Below are positions 32,505-40,826 of a DNA stretch of 64,000 nt, in pieces (position 1 is the stretch's first letter; each line of letters opens with the position of its first letter). The DNA is from an uncultured Spirochaetota bacterium. Lineage in GTDB: Bacteria; Spirochaetota; Spirochaetia; SZUA-6; Fen-1364. The translations under genes were made by a program, and so were the position numbers. Location of the stretch: assembly GCA_963734545.1 (NCBI GenBank), contig CAVTHO010000006.1:128001-192000 (forward strand), read 5' to 3'. The notes beneath the pieces are model-generated. The model made no database searches. It had not been told where the DNA came from and saw nothing but the letters and a program-made list of their open reading frames with translations.

Positions 32505-33587
32505 CTACAGCGGCAGGATCCGGGTCACCACGGTCAGCCCGAGACCGGCTGCCAGTGAAGAAATCATGGGAATGAGTCCCCTCTTCACCTCCAGGGCCGC
32601 TCCCGGCTGCGATGTGAATGTGGAGGCGCCCGTAAAGTTCATGGAAAGGAACGCCACGATGGGCATTGCCACCAGCGTGAGCGCTACTGCCCCGGGGAGG
32701 GACGTCCGCGCGGCTAGCGAGATCGCGATTCCCCAAAGCGCGCCGAGGAACGCGCCCTTGAGTGAGAAAGCCCGAAACGGAAGAAAGGGGAGGAGAGCGG
32801 GGAAGAGGAGGGTCCCCACCCCGACCGCGCCAAGGAGCGGGAGACACGCGGCGAGCAGCCTCCCCCCGTAGCCGGCATCAAAAGGCAGGCCGAGCAGCGC
32901 GGACGCTGCCACGATGCCAAGCAGAAGGGGCCATGAGTGGACCAGCTCGGTCGGCGCAATGGCCATCCGTTCGGTCAGAGGGAACAGGACCCTTCTCATC
33001 GCGTCGCTTTTTTTCAATCCGTTTGACAGGAATGGGCGGATGTCGCGGGCGCGCACCGGGCCGAACTTCACCTGCCAGCCGGTGTCCCGCTTCACCTCGT
33101 GTGCCGAGACCCCGGTCGCACCGAGCTGGGGGAGGATAAGCGTCCTGTGCGACACGACGTCCGGGAGCTTGACCGCCATTATCCGCTGCTCGAGCTCCCG
33201 TGTCCCGAATGTGCCCTTTCCCGCGGCGCACCACACGTTGACGCCCTTTGTGTCGAGCACGAGAATCCACGCATCGATGCCGTCGAGCTCCTTGCGAAGC
33301 TTGTCGAATGTGAGCTTGTAGTTGGCCGTGACCAGGACGGGAGACTCGCCTGTCGGCGATCCCACCGCGTACAGGCCGGGGAGAACGGCATAGCGGGACC
33401 TGCCGATGTCCCACCGCACCTTCCAGCCGCCCATGACGTCACGCCAGGTCAGCCGTGTCGAGACGACCGGCACTTTCCGATCACGGGAGGTCACAAAGCC
33501 GGTGACATATTGCCGGCGCTGCCGGGAAACGGCCTGCAGCGAAATGACCGGTGTCTTCCCGCATCCGCACGCAGAGGATTTTTCCAT
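32505..33587 (-). CDS. hgcA: Mercury methylation corrinoid protein HgcA
   Basis: PVLVTANYKLTFD, cap-helix GVNVWCAAGKGTFGT, LPQLGATGV, C-terminal TM helices ending MNFTGASTFTS. Confidence 0.97.
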   Translation of the reverse strand: MEKSSACGCGKTPVISLQAVSRQRRQYVTGFVTSRDRKVPVVSTRLTWRDVMGGWKVRWDIGRSRYAVLPGLYAVGSPTGESPVLVTANYKLTFDKLRKELDGIDAWILVLDTKGVNVWCAAGKGTFGTRELEQRIMAVKLPDVVSHRTLILPQLGATGVSAHEVKRDTGWQVKFGPVRARDIRPFLSNGLKKSDAMRRVLFPLTERMAIAPTELVHSWPLLLGIVAASALLGLPFDAGYGGRLLAACLPLLGAVGVGTLLFPALLPFLPFRAFSLKGAFLGALWGIAISLAARTSLPGAVALTLVAMPIVAFLSMNFTGASTFTSQPGAALEVKRGLIPMISSLAAGLGLTVVTRILPL

Positions 33588-33588
33588 T

Positions 33589-34080
33589 TCAACTCTCCTC
33601 TTGATTTCCTCCCCCGGAACAACAGGGGGATTCGGGATTCTTTCGCATCTGTCTCATCGCATCCGCGAGCACGGCCGCCGACTCCACCACCATCTGCCTC
33701 TTTTCGACCGGAATGAAGTCGAAAAGACGCGTGTAGGATGCGTCGCACAGCCGGTTGATCGAGGCGGCCTTTTCCTTCCCGATTTCCGTGAGGCTGATGA
33801 CCTGCTGGCGGCGGCTGGACGGGTCGGTCTCCCGGTTGAGGAGCCCCGCGCGGCACATGCCATCAACGGTGCGGCTCAGCGTGCTCTTGTCCAGCTCGAG
33901 GAGGGAGGCCAGCTCGGTGACGCTCGTATTGATGCGCTGTTCAGCCTCCAGCAGAAGATGGCATTGCGCGAGTGTCACGCCGCAATAGCCGGTCTCTGAC
34001 GCCATCGAGATCCCTACTTCCCTCTCGAGCACGCGCAGGTTCTTTCTGAACTCCCTGATCGAAAGCTGCGGTTCGACCAT
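33589..34080 (-). CDS. Cys-rich MarR-family transcriptional regulator
   Basis: CGVTLAQCHLL, LELDKSTLSRTVD, RRQQVISLTEIG, C-terminal SPCC. Confidence 0.9.
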   Translation of the reverse strand: MVEPQLSIREFRKNLRVLEREVGISMASETGYCGVTLAQCHLLLEAEQRINTSVTELASLLELDKSTLSRTVDGMCRAGLLNRETDPSSRRQQVISLTEIGKEKAASINRLCDASYTRLFDFIPVEKRQMVVESAAVLADAMRQMRKNPESPCCSGGGNQEES

Positions 34081-34097
34081 ATACCTCTCCCGATTGA

Positions 34098-34156
34098 TGT
34101 CGAATACAATAAATGTAAATTACAACAATTGTATACTACAACAAATGGAGTGTCAA
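34098..34156 (-). promoter_or_regulatory. sigma70 promoter of marR-hgcA-hgcB with three palindromic operator boxes
   Basis: Minus strand TTGACA (34156-34151)-N17-TACAAT (34133-34128); TGTM-N3-TACA boxes at 34098, 34114, 34130. Confidence 0.85.
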
Positions 34157-34171
34157 GCTATTCCTGACGAT

Positions 34172-35482
34172 TCATGGACAGCGGATGAATCCCTGGGCCC
34201 AGAGACACCCGCCGCATGCAGGAAGACCGTTTCCGAAGCAATCCGAGCGGTTGCTTTCAGCCTCCTCGCAGCTGTTGCAGATGGTGCAAGGCGCATAATC
34301 GAAGTCGAGGAGCCGCTCGCGAAGCGCGATGTAAGCTGGATCGTTCCAGATCCCGAGCAGATCGCGATCCTTCACGCGGCCGACGAAGAAAGCCTCGTTG
34401 GCTCTCTCTCTGTCCTGGAGGTAACTCGTGTGTGCGTGAAGGAGCGGCAGACAAGGACTCACGGCGCCATCCCAGCGGATCGCCATGCTCCCTCTCTCTA
34501 CAAACGGGCACGTGCAGCTCCCCTGCACGAGTCGCTGACCCGCAACACTTACGCTGAAGGGGCCTTTCAGGACCTGGGCCAGCGGGGCCTCCGTGGCCGG
34601 GTTCAGCTCCATCCGGGGGAGCTCCACTATCGGCGTCCGCTCGGAGGGAGGAAGGTCGGGCTCGTGGAAGGATCGTCGATAGAGGGCCAGCTCTTTCATC
34701 TCGAGGGTGTGGGGCACGACATTGCTGACGCTGAACCTGTCTGCCGTCAGCCGCAGTCCGAGGCGAAGCACTCCCGGCAGCGATGAAATGGTGTCGCGGG
34801 TGGCCACAAACGAGATGCCAATCCTCGGGGTACGGGGTACTCCCCGAACGGGTATTCCCGTACCGCGGCGCCCAATCCGCGGGCTTTCCGAGAGAGATCG
34901 CTCGCGCAACGCGTTCAGGCGCTGCACGTTGTCGACAACCGTTTCCAGCGTGCCGCCTTTGCGTGCCGCGGCAAACTGTGAATCCTCCGCGCTGTCGAGG
35001 GAGATCCAGAGACGGTCGAGACCGACAGAGACCATGCTGTCCGCCGTGCGCTCGTCGAGGAGCGTTCCGTTGGTGATGAGCTCCACCACCATGCCGCGGC
35101 GCTTCGCATCGCCAACCATGTCCATGATCTCGGGGTGCAGGAGTGGTTCCCCAAAGCCGCCCAGGAAGAGGGAGGGCAGGGGATCGAGAATGCAGAGCGC
35201 CGAGAGTATCTTTTCCCAGGTGCCGCGATCCATGCGGCCTGCCGGCTCGCCCCACGTGCTGTGGACGCACGCCGGGCACCTGAGATTGCATTCGCTCGTT
35301 GGTTCCAGGTATACCCGCGCAAGGGTATTGACGGACCGCCCGATCTGCAGGCCGGCTTCATCCTCGGTGATGCGAACCCGGGAGCCCGGACGGATACCGG
35401 CCCGCTGTGCGACCTGCGGGGGAAGAACGAGCCGTCCCTCCCCATCCACCTCGGCTGTTACGAATGAGGCTCCCATGTGCAT
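34172..35482 (-). CDS. Radical SAM/SPASM protein with N-terminal AbrB-like domain (tungsten-oxidoreductase maturase-like)
   Basis: VDGEGRLVLP..GIRPGSRV; CNLRCPAC; GGFGEPLLHP; CPF..IRWDGAVSPC..CTICNSC..C..CGGC. Confidence 0.85.
   Translation of the reverse strand: MHMGASFVTAEVDGEGRLVLPPQVAQRAGIRPGSRVRITEDEAGLQIGRSVNTLARVYLEPTSECNLRCPACVHSTWGEPAGRMDRGTWEKILSALCILDPLPSLFLGGFGEPLLHPEIMDMVGDAKRRGMVVELITNGTLLDERTADSMVSVGLDRLWISLDSAEDSQFAAARKGGTLETVVDNVQRLNALRERSLSESPRIGRRGTGIPVRGVPRTPRIGISFVATRDTISSLPGVLRLGLRLTADRFSVSNVVPHTLEMKELALYRRSFHEPDLPPSERTPIVELPRMELNPATEAPLAQVLKGPFSVSVAGQRLVQGSCTCPFVERGSMAIRWDGAVSPCLPLLHAHTSYLQDRERANEAFFVGRVKDRDLLGIWNDPAYIALRERLLDFDYAPCTICNSCEEAESNRSDCFGNGLPACGGCLWAQGFIRCP
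34818..34883. repeat. 54-bp in-frame palindromic insertion with 12-bp direct repeat
   Basis: CCAATCC(T/G)CGGG at 34818 and 34872; core GTACGGGGTACTCCCCGAACGGGTATTCCCGTACC recurs at ~37359-37392. Confidence 0.75.
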
Positions 35483-35486
35483 ATCT

Positions 35487-35607
35487 GCGCCGCGGCATTC
35501 CGCGGATTTGGCGCCGCGGTATTCCGCGGATTATGGCGCCGCGGTATTCCGCGGATTATGGCGCCGCGGTATTCCGCGGATTATGGCGCCGCGGTATTCC
35601 GCGGATT
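35487..35607. repeat. 25-bp tandem array, ~5 copies, CCGCGG hairpin unit
   Basis: GCGCCGCGGTATTCCGCGGATTATG at 35511, 35536, 35561; variants at 35487 and 35586. Confidence 0.95.
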
Positions 35608-36387
35608 GTCCGCGGCGATCACCTCGATGCCCGTGTCCTCGAGAGTCTTGCGGTCCGACTCGGAAATGTGGTCGGTGATGATGGTGTCCACGTCATCCGG
35701 TGAGGCAAACTGGGCAAAGGAGTTTCGCCCCAGCTTGGTGGCGTCGAAGAGCAGCACCACCTTTGCCGCAATGGACATCATGAGCTTCTTTGTTTCCGCG
35801 TGGCCGATGTCAGGGGTACTGGCTCCTTTTTCCAGGGAGAAGCTGTTCAGACCCATGAAGGCCTTGTCCACGGTGAGGCCGGCCAGCATATCCCTGCTGG
35901 ACAGATCGTTGAAGACCGTGCAATGAAAACGCTTCCTGACGATCCCGCCGAGGAAGACGATCTTGACCGAATCCAGATCCTCCAGGAGCGAGGCAATTGC
36001 CAGGTCATTCGTGACTACCGTGATGTCCTGTCTCCTGTCGAGGAGCCGGGCGAGCTGCAGGATCGTGGAGCCGGTATCCAGAACGATCATGTCGCCGTCC
36101 TCGATCAGGGCAAGGGCCGCCTCCGCGATGGCGCGCTTGGCGGCAAGGTTCTGGACGCCGCGCGCCACCATGTCCTGCTCGTGACCCGTCTTGCTCTTGA
36201 TCATTGCCCCGCCGTGCGTGCGCACGAGGAGGCCGGTGGCCTCCAGGTCCCGAAGGTCGTTCCTGATCGTGGCGCTGGACACGCGGAAAAGATCGCACAG
36301 CTCCACGACGGTGGCTTTGCGATGCGCGGCGATGTGCTCGAGGATTTTCTGCTTGCGCTCTTCGACGAACAAAACGCCGTTTGTCAT
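35581..36387 (-). CDS. DeoR/GlpR-family transcriptional regulator
   Basis: EERKQKILE, VSSATIRNDL, RTHGGA, LDTGST, VVTND. Confidence 0.93.
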   Translation of the reverse strand: MTNGVLFVEERKQKILEHIAAHRKATVVELCDLFRVSSATIRNDLRDLEATGLLVRTHGGAMIKSKTGHEQDMVARGVQNLAAKRAIAEAALALIEDGDMIVLDTGSTILQLARLLDRRQDITVVTNDLAIASLLEDLDSVKIVFLGGIVRKRFHCTVFNDLSSRDMLAGLTVDKAFMGLNSFSLEKGASTPDIGHAETKKLMMSIAAKVVLLFDATKLGRNSFAQFASPDDVDTIITDHISESDRKTLEDTGIEVIAADNPRNTAAP

Positions 36388-36398
36388 TCGCGGCGGCT

Positions 36399-37058
36399 CT
36401 ATGCCTGAGCCCCCCGGGCCTTGCGCACGATCTCTACTGCTGTCCGACAGTTCGCTCTGATCTGGTCCCATTTCTTCTCCGCGATCGCCTCCCGGGATGC
36501 GATCCAGGTCCCTCCCACGCACGCCACGGCATCAGAGGCAAGATAGTCGGGGAGATTCGCCGCGGTGACGCCGCCGGTCGGCATGAACCGCATCCCCGTA
36601 TGCGCGTACGGAGCGGAAAGGGCCTTGATGACCTTCAGGCCGCCAAAGGCTTCCGCCGGGAAGTATTTCACGAGCTTCACCCCGGAGGCAAGTGCCTGCT
36701 CGATCTCGGAAGGGGTGATGACGCCCGGCACGAACGGGAAGCCGAGCCGCATGGCTTCCGCAAGGACATCCGGGTTCAGCCCGGGCGCCACGCCGAAGCG
36801 CGCGCCCGCGTCCTGTGCCTTGCGGAGGTTCTCCGCCGTCAGCACGGTACCCGCGCCCAGGATGAGCGCAGGCCGCTCCCGCGCGATCTTCGTGATGACC
36901 GCTGCCGCGGCCGCTGTACGGAAGGTGATCTCCGCAACGGGCAGCCCGCCTTCGATCAGCGCGTCTGCCAGCGGCAGAGCCGCGTCCACCGAGTCGATCG
37001 CGATCACGGGCACGACCACGTACTTCGCAAGCGCGCCGAAGATCTCATCACCCATCAT
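36399..37058 (-). CDS. eda: KHG/KDPG aldolase
   Basis: EITFRT, GAGTVL, PGVITPSE, KYFPAE, FMPTGGV. Confidence 0.92.
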   Translation of the reverse strand: MMGDEIFGALAKYVVVPVIAIDSVDAALPLADALIEGGLPVAEITFRTAAAAAVITKIARERPALILGAGTVLTAENLRKAQDAGARFGVAPGLNPDVLAEAMRLGFPFVPGVITPSEIEQALASGVKLVKYFPAEAFGGLKVIKALSAPYAHTGMRFMPTGGVTAANLPDYLASDAVACVGGTWIASREAIAEKKWDQIRANCRTAVEIVRKARGAQA

Positions 37059-37082
37059 TGCTTCACCTCCCGATGCAAGAGC

Positions 37083-37340
37083 TCATCCTCCTGAAAGCAG
37101 GGGAAAAAGGGCGATCTCGTCGCCGTCATGCAGCTCGGCGGCCAGCCCCTGCGGCACCTGGTTCCACCCGTAGCCGTTCAACGTGCTCATGAGCGAGGGA
37201 TCGGGCACGACGATGCCGTAGGTGAGCTTCAGCCAGCTCGCCACGGCGGCCAGCGTGCTCCCCGCGGGCAGGCGCAGATCGTCCGCGCGCGTGCCGGTCT
37301 TCTCGCGCACCGCGGAGAGGTAGCGGACCCGGACAGTCAC
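37083..37340 (-). CDS. moaD: MoaD/ThiS sulfur carrier
   Basis: LHDGDEIALFPLLSGG C-terminus, adjacent to AOR. Confidence 0.88.
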   Translation of the reverse strand: MTVRVRYLSAVREKTGTRADDLRLPAGSTLAAVASWLKLTYGIVVPDPSLMSTLNGYGWNQVPQGLAAELHDGDEIALFPLLSGG

Positions 37341-37358
37341 CTCCGCGGCCGCGCCGCC

Positions 37359-37392
37359 GTACGGGTACTCCCCGAACGGGTACTCCCGTACC
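37359..37392. repeat. Second copy of GTACGGG..CCCGTAC palindromic element
   Basis: GTACGGGTACTCCCCGAACGGGTACTCCCGTACC between AOR and moaD. Confidence 0.75.
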
Positions 37393-37412
37393 GGCGGATT
37401 TTGCGCCGCCGT

Positions 37413-39239
37413 TCATGCCAGCAGCTCCTTCAGTCCCCATTTCTCCTTTGTGTCCTCCGTGACCACGCCGTCGGAGTCCCAGCCGCGAAGGGCATAGTAC
37501 TCGTCCAGCATCACGTCGTACATCTCCTCGGTGAGGATCCTGCCCTTGGTCGGGCCGCTCGGGAGGGCCTCCTTCGTGATCCGCTCGGGCAGAAGATCGT
37601 CCTTGCGCCGGATGCCTTCCCGGTTGAGGATGACGCGCTCCATGCTGTAGATCCTCTGCGCGATCTCCATGAGCCGCGGGGTGAACGGGTAGCCCGTCAC
37701 CGCTTCCAGCACCTCGCCCGTGGGAGTCTCGGAGAACCCGAAGGCCCCGCGCACCACCGTGCACATGCCGATGCTGTCCACGTAGGCGCGGCTGTCCTGG
37801 GCGCTCTTCACCAGCGCGCCCTTGCCCTCGAGCGCGTACCGGTCGTACTTGCCGCTCTGCAGCTCCGCGCGGATGGTCCATCCGCCCACGTTGTGGCAGG
37901 CCCCGCGATTGGAGGTGCCGTTGGTGAGACCGTTGCCGGTGAAACCCCGCGGATCGTAGGCGGCGAACGGCATGCCCTTCACGTCGAGGATGAAGCGCTT
38001 CCATTCCGGCTTCGCGCGCTTCACCCCGTACATGCCCTCGGCCAGGAGGTCTCCGATGCCGCTGCGCGCCGCGATGAGCTCGATGATCCCGAGGAGAGCG
38101 TCGGGGTTTCCGAACCGCGCATCGATGCCCATCGTGTCCTTCTTCGTGATCAGGCCCTTCTCGTAGAGCTCCATGGTGAGCGCCACCGCGTTGCCCGCGG
38201 ACATGGTGTCCAGCCCCAGCTCGTCGCAGAGCTGGTTGGCCTTCACGATGGCGGCGAAATCCGAGATGCCGCAGTTGGGACCGAGGAGGCCCACCGTCTC
38301 GAACTCGGTGCGCGCCCGCGCGCCGGCGTAGGGACCCTCCTTCACCACGCACATCTTGCCGCACGCCACGGTGCACCGGTAGCAGGCGTAGTTCTTCTGC
38401 AAGTAGTGCTCCACCATCGCGTGGGCGTCGATCTTGTCGCACTCCTCGAAGAAGCGCGGTCTGGAAGTTGCGGGTGGGCATGCAGCCGAGGGTGTTGAGC
38501 GGCTCGATGTACTGCGGCGTGCCGAACTTGGTGTGATTGGCCCGCGAGGTCTTCAGGTCGGCCACCGCCGCCTTCCGGATGTCCGCCACTTTGTCCGGGT
38601 CCGCCAGGGTGATGTCTCCCGTGCCCTTCACGATGATGCCCTTGAGGTTCTTCGAGCCCATGACCGCGCCGGGTCCGCCGCGGCCGAATGCGCGCTCGTC
38701 CACGTTGATGTAGGAGATGCGCACAAGGCGCTCTCCCGCGGGGCCGATGGCCATCGCGCCCGGCCTTGGTCTCCGCCGAAGGCCTTCCGCATCTCCTCGA
38801 GGGTCTTCCCCGAGGCGAATCCCTTCCAGGGCCGCGCGTCGTGGAACTCCAGCGTCCCGTCCTTGAGGGAGAGCCAGGTCAGCTCCGTCGCCTTGCCTTC
38901 CACGATCAGCCCGTCGAAGCCGGCCTGCTTCAGCTGCGGTCCGAAGTCCCCGCCGCAGTTCGAGCAGAGGTACATCCGGGTCTCGGGTGACTTGGTGGCG
39001 AGCTGGAACTTCGTCGTGGACACCAGCGGCGTGCCGGTGAGGGGGCCGGTCATGAAGAAGATCTTGTTCTCCGCCGCCAGCGCGTCCACGCCGGGGCCGA
39101 TCTCGTCGTAGTAGTACTTGGCCGCGATGCCGCGGCCGCCCAGGAGCAGCCTGACCTCGTTTTCCTTGAGCGGCTCCACCGACGTCGTGCGCGTGGTCAG
39201 GTTCACGCGCATCACCTTGCCGCAATATCCCTTCAGCAT
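37413..39239 (-). CDS. aor: Tungsten-type aldehyde:ferredoxin oxidoreductase (frameshifts near 38455 and 38765)
   Basis: GYCGKVMRVNL, LGGRG, TKSPET, GRGGPGAVMGSKNLK, CYRCTVACG, EFET, CDELGLDTMS, YDPRG, RGACH, DEYYALRGWD. Confidence 0.9.
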
Positions 39240-39283
39240 GCCTTGTCCTCTCTCGTGGGGCCGCCTTGCCCCTTCTCCCGTGA

Positions 39284-40233
39284 TTATGTCCGTGCCGCAA
39301 GCGCGGCGAGCAGATTGTCCACCGCCGCGCGGGTTGCCCTGGAAACGCTTTCCGCCGTGTAGGCCCCGATGTGCGGCGTGCTGATGACGCGCTCGTGCGC
39401 AAGGAGCGGGCTCGGCATCCGGCGGCTCCTTGTCGTAGGCGTCCACCGCGTAGCCCGCCAGCCTTCCGTCCTCGAGCGGCTTCGAGCGACGCGCCGCGTC
39501 GTCCACCAGCCCCGCGCGCGCCGTGTTGATCAGGCCGCGCGCCCTTCTTCATGAGGGCGAGCGCCGCCGCGTCGATGAGCGGCTTTTCCCCGGGTGCGTG
39601 CGGGCAGTGCAGGGTCACGATGTCGGAGGCGGCCAGCAGATCGCCCGCGCCGGCGTAGCGGAAGCCCGGGGAGGGCGCATAATCGACATCCGGGATACGC
39701 GTCGTAGCCCGATGACCTTCATGTCCATGGCCAGGCGCGAAGCGCGTCACGAGCCTGCCGATCCTGCCCGTGCCGATCACGCCGAGGGTCCTGCCCTCCA
39801 GCTCGGCGCCCTGCTGCCGCTCCCAGCCCCCTGCCTTCATTCGCGCGTCGCTCCAGGGGATGGAGCGCAGGAGGGACAGCATGAGCGCGAGCGTGAGCTC
39901 CGCCACCCCGCGCGCGTTGGCGCCTTCGGCGCGGAGCACCAGGATCCCGCGCCGCTCGCAGGCGGCCAGGTCGATCGAATCCACGCCCGTGCCATTCCGG
40001 CTGATGGCCTTCAGGTCCGTGGCCCTTGCCAGCACCGCGTCCGTTATCTTCTCCACGCCTGCCAGCCACCCGACGCAGCCGGGCAGCAGGCGGATCAGCT
40101 CCTCCTCGTCGGGGGACTTGCCCGGCGTGCAGAACACGACCTCGTAGCCCGCATTCCGCAGGAGGTCGAGCGCCGGGTCCCCCTCTTTCGTGAGGGAGCG
40201 CGGCGTGACGAGGATCTTCGCCATCGGACTCAC
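39284..40233 (-). CDS. D-2-hydroxyacid (phosphoglycerate-like) dehydrogenase (frameshifted)
   Basis: ISRNGTGVDSID, NARGVAEL, GVIGTGRIG, VTLHCP, INTAR, TPHIG. Confidence 0.88.
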
Positions 40234-40826
40234 GCCCCTTTCGAGCTGACGATCTCTACCTTGCCCGCGCGCTTGAACACGCGCACGGGAAAGCCTTCCT
40301 TTTCGATGTCGCCGTAGTTGTGGCCCGCCTCCCCCGGGTAGACGCAGAAGCGAGATCAGGGGCTCGTCGCCCGGTGTTCACCGTGCGATGGGCCCAGAGC
40401 GGGGGGACGTAGCACCATGCGCCCGGGCAGGAACCGCTCTACGCGCTTTCCCCCGTGGCGAGCTTCATCAGCATGTAGCCCTTCGCCGCGCAGGCACAGG
40501 TAGATCTCCGCGGTTCCCGCCACCTGGTGGTAGTGGCCCTTTGTCATGAAGCATTCCCCGCCGACGGTGCCGGGGTAGGTCTTGCTGAGGCAGAACTGCA
40601 GCTGCCCGGTCTCCTCGGGGATCTTCATCTCGAAGACCTCGTAGTGCACCGGGTCTCCCTGGGCCACGAGCGCCTCCAGCGCCTTCGCGTCCTTGTAGTG
40701 GCCCCGCATGCTCGACGCGAGCCGGACGTGTGGACCTGCGGGATTCTTCATGATCCCGTGCACGAGGTCGAAATCCACGCCGAACGGCATGACCAGCCTG
40801 TTGAGCGTGTCGGTGTTTTCTTTCAT
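40230..40826 (-). CDS. Cupin-type glucose-6-phosphate isomerase family protein
   Basis: YPGTVGGECFMTKGHYH..AEIY, AHRTVNTG, AGHNYG. Confidence 0.85.

Noticed and set aside
32505-33587. CdhE/AcsC (Wood-Ljungdahl corrinoid protein) assignment
   Set aside because: Cap-helix motif, TM C-terminus and adjacent hgcB identify it as HgcA
35487-35607. CRISPR array
   Set aside because: Units are contiguous with no unique spacers, and there are no cas genes; it is a tandem palindromic repeat
37126-40233. 1035-aa ORF joining dehydrogenase and AOR region
   Set aside because: Only the first ~165 aa are the real dehydrogenase; the rest is out-of-frame read-through after an indel
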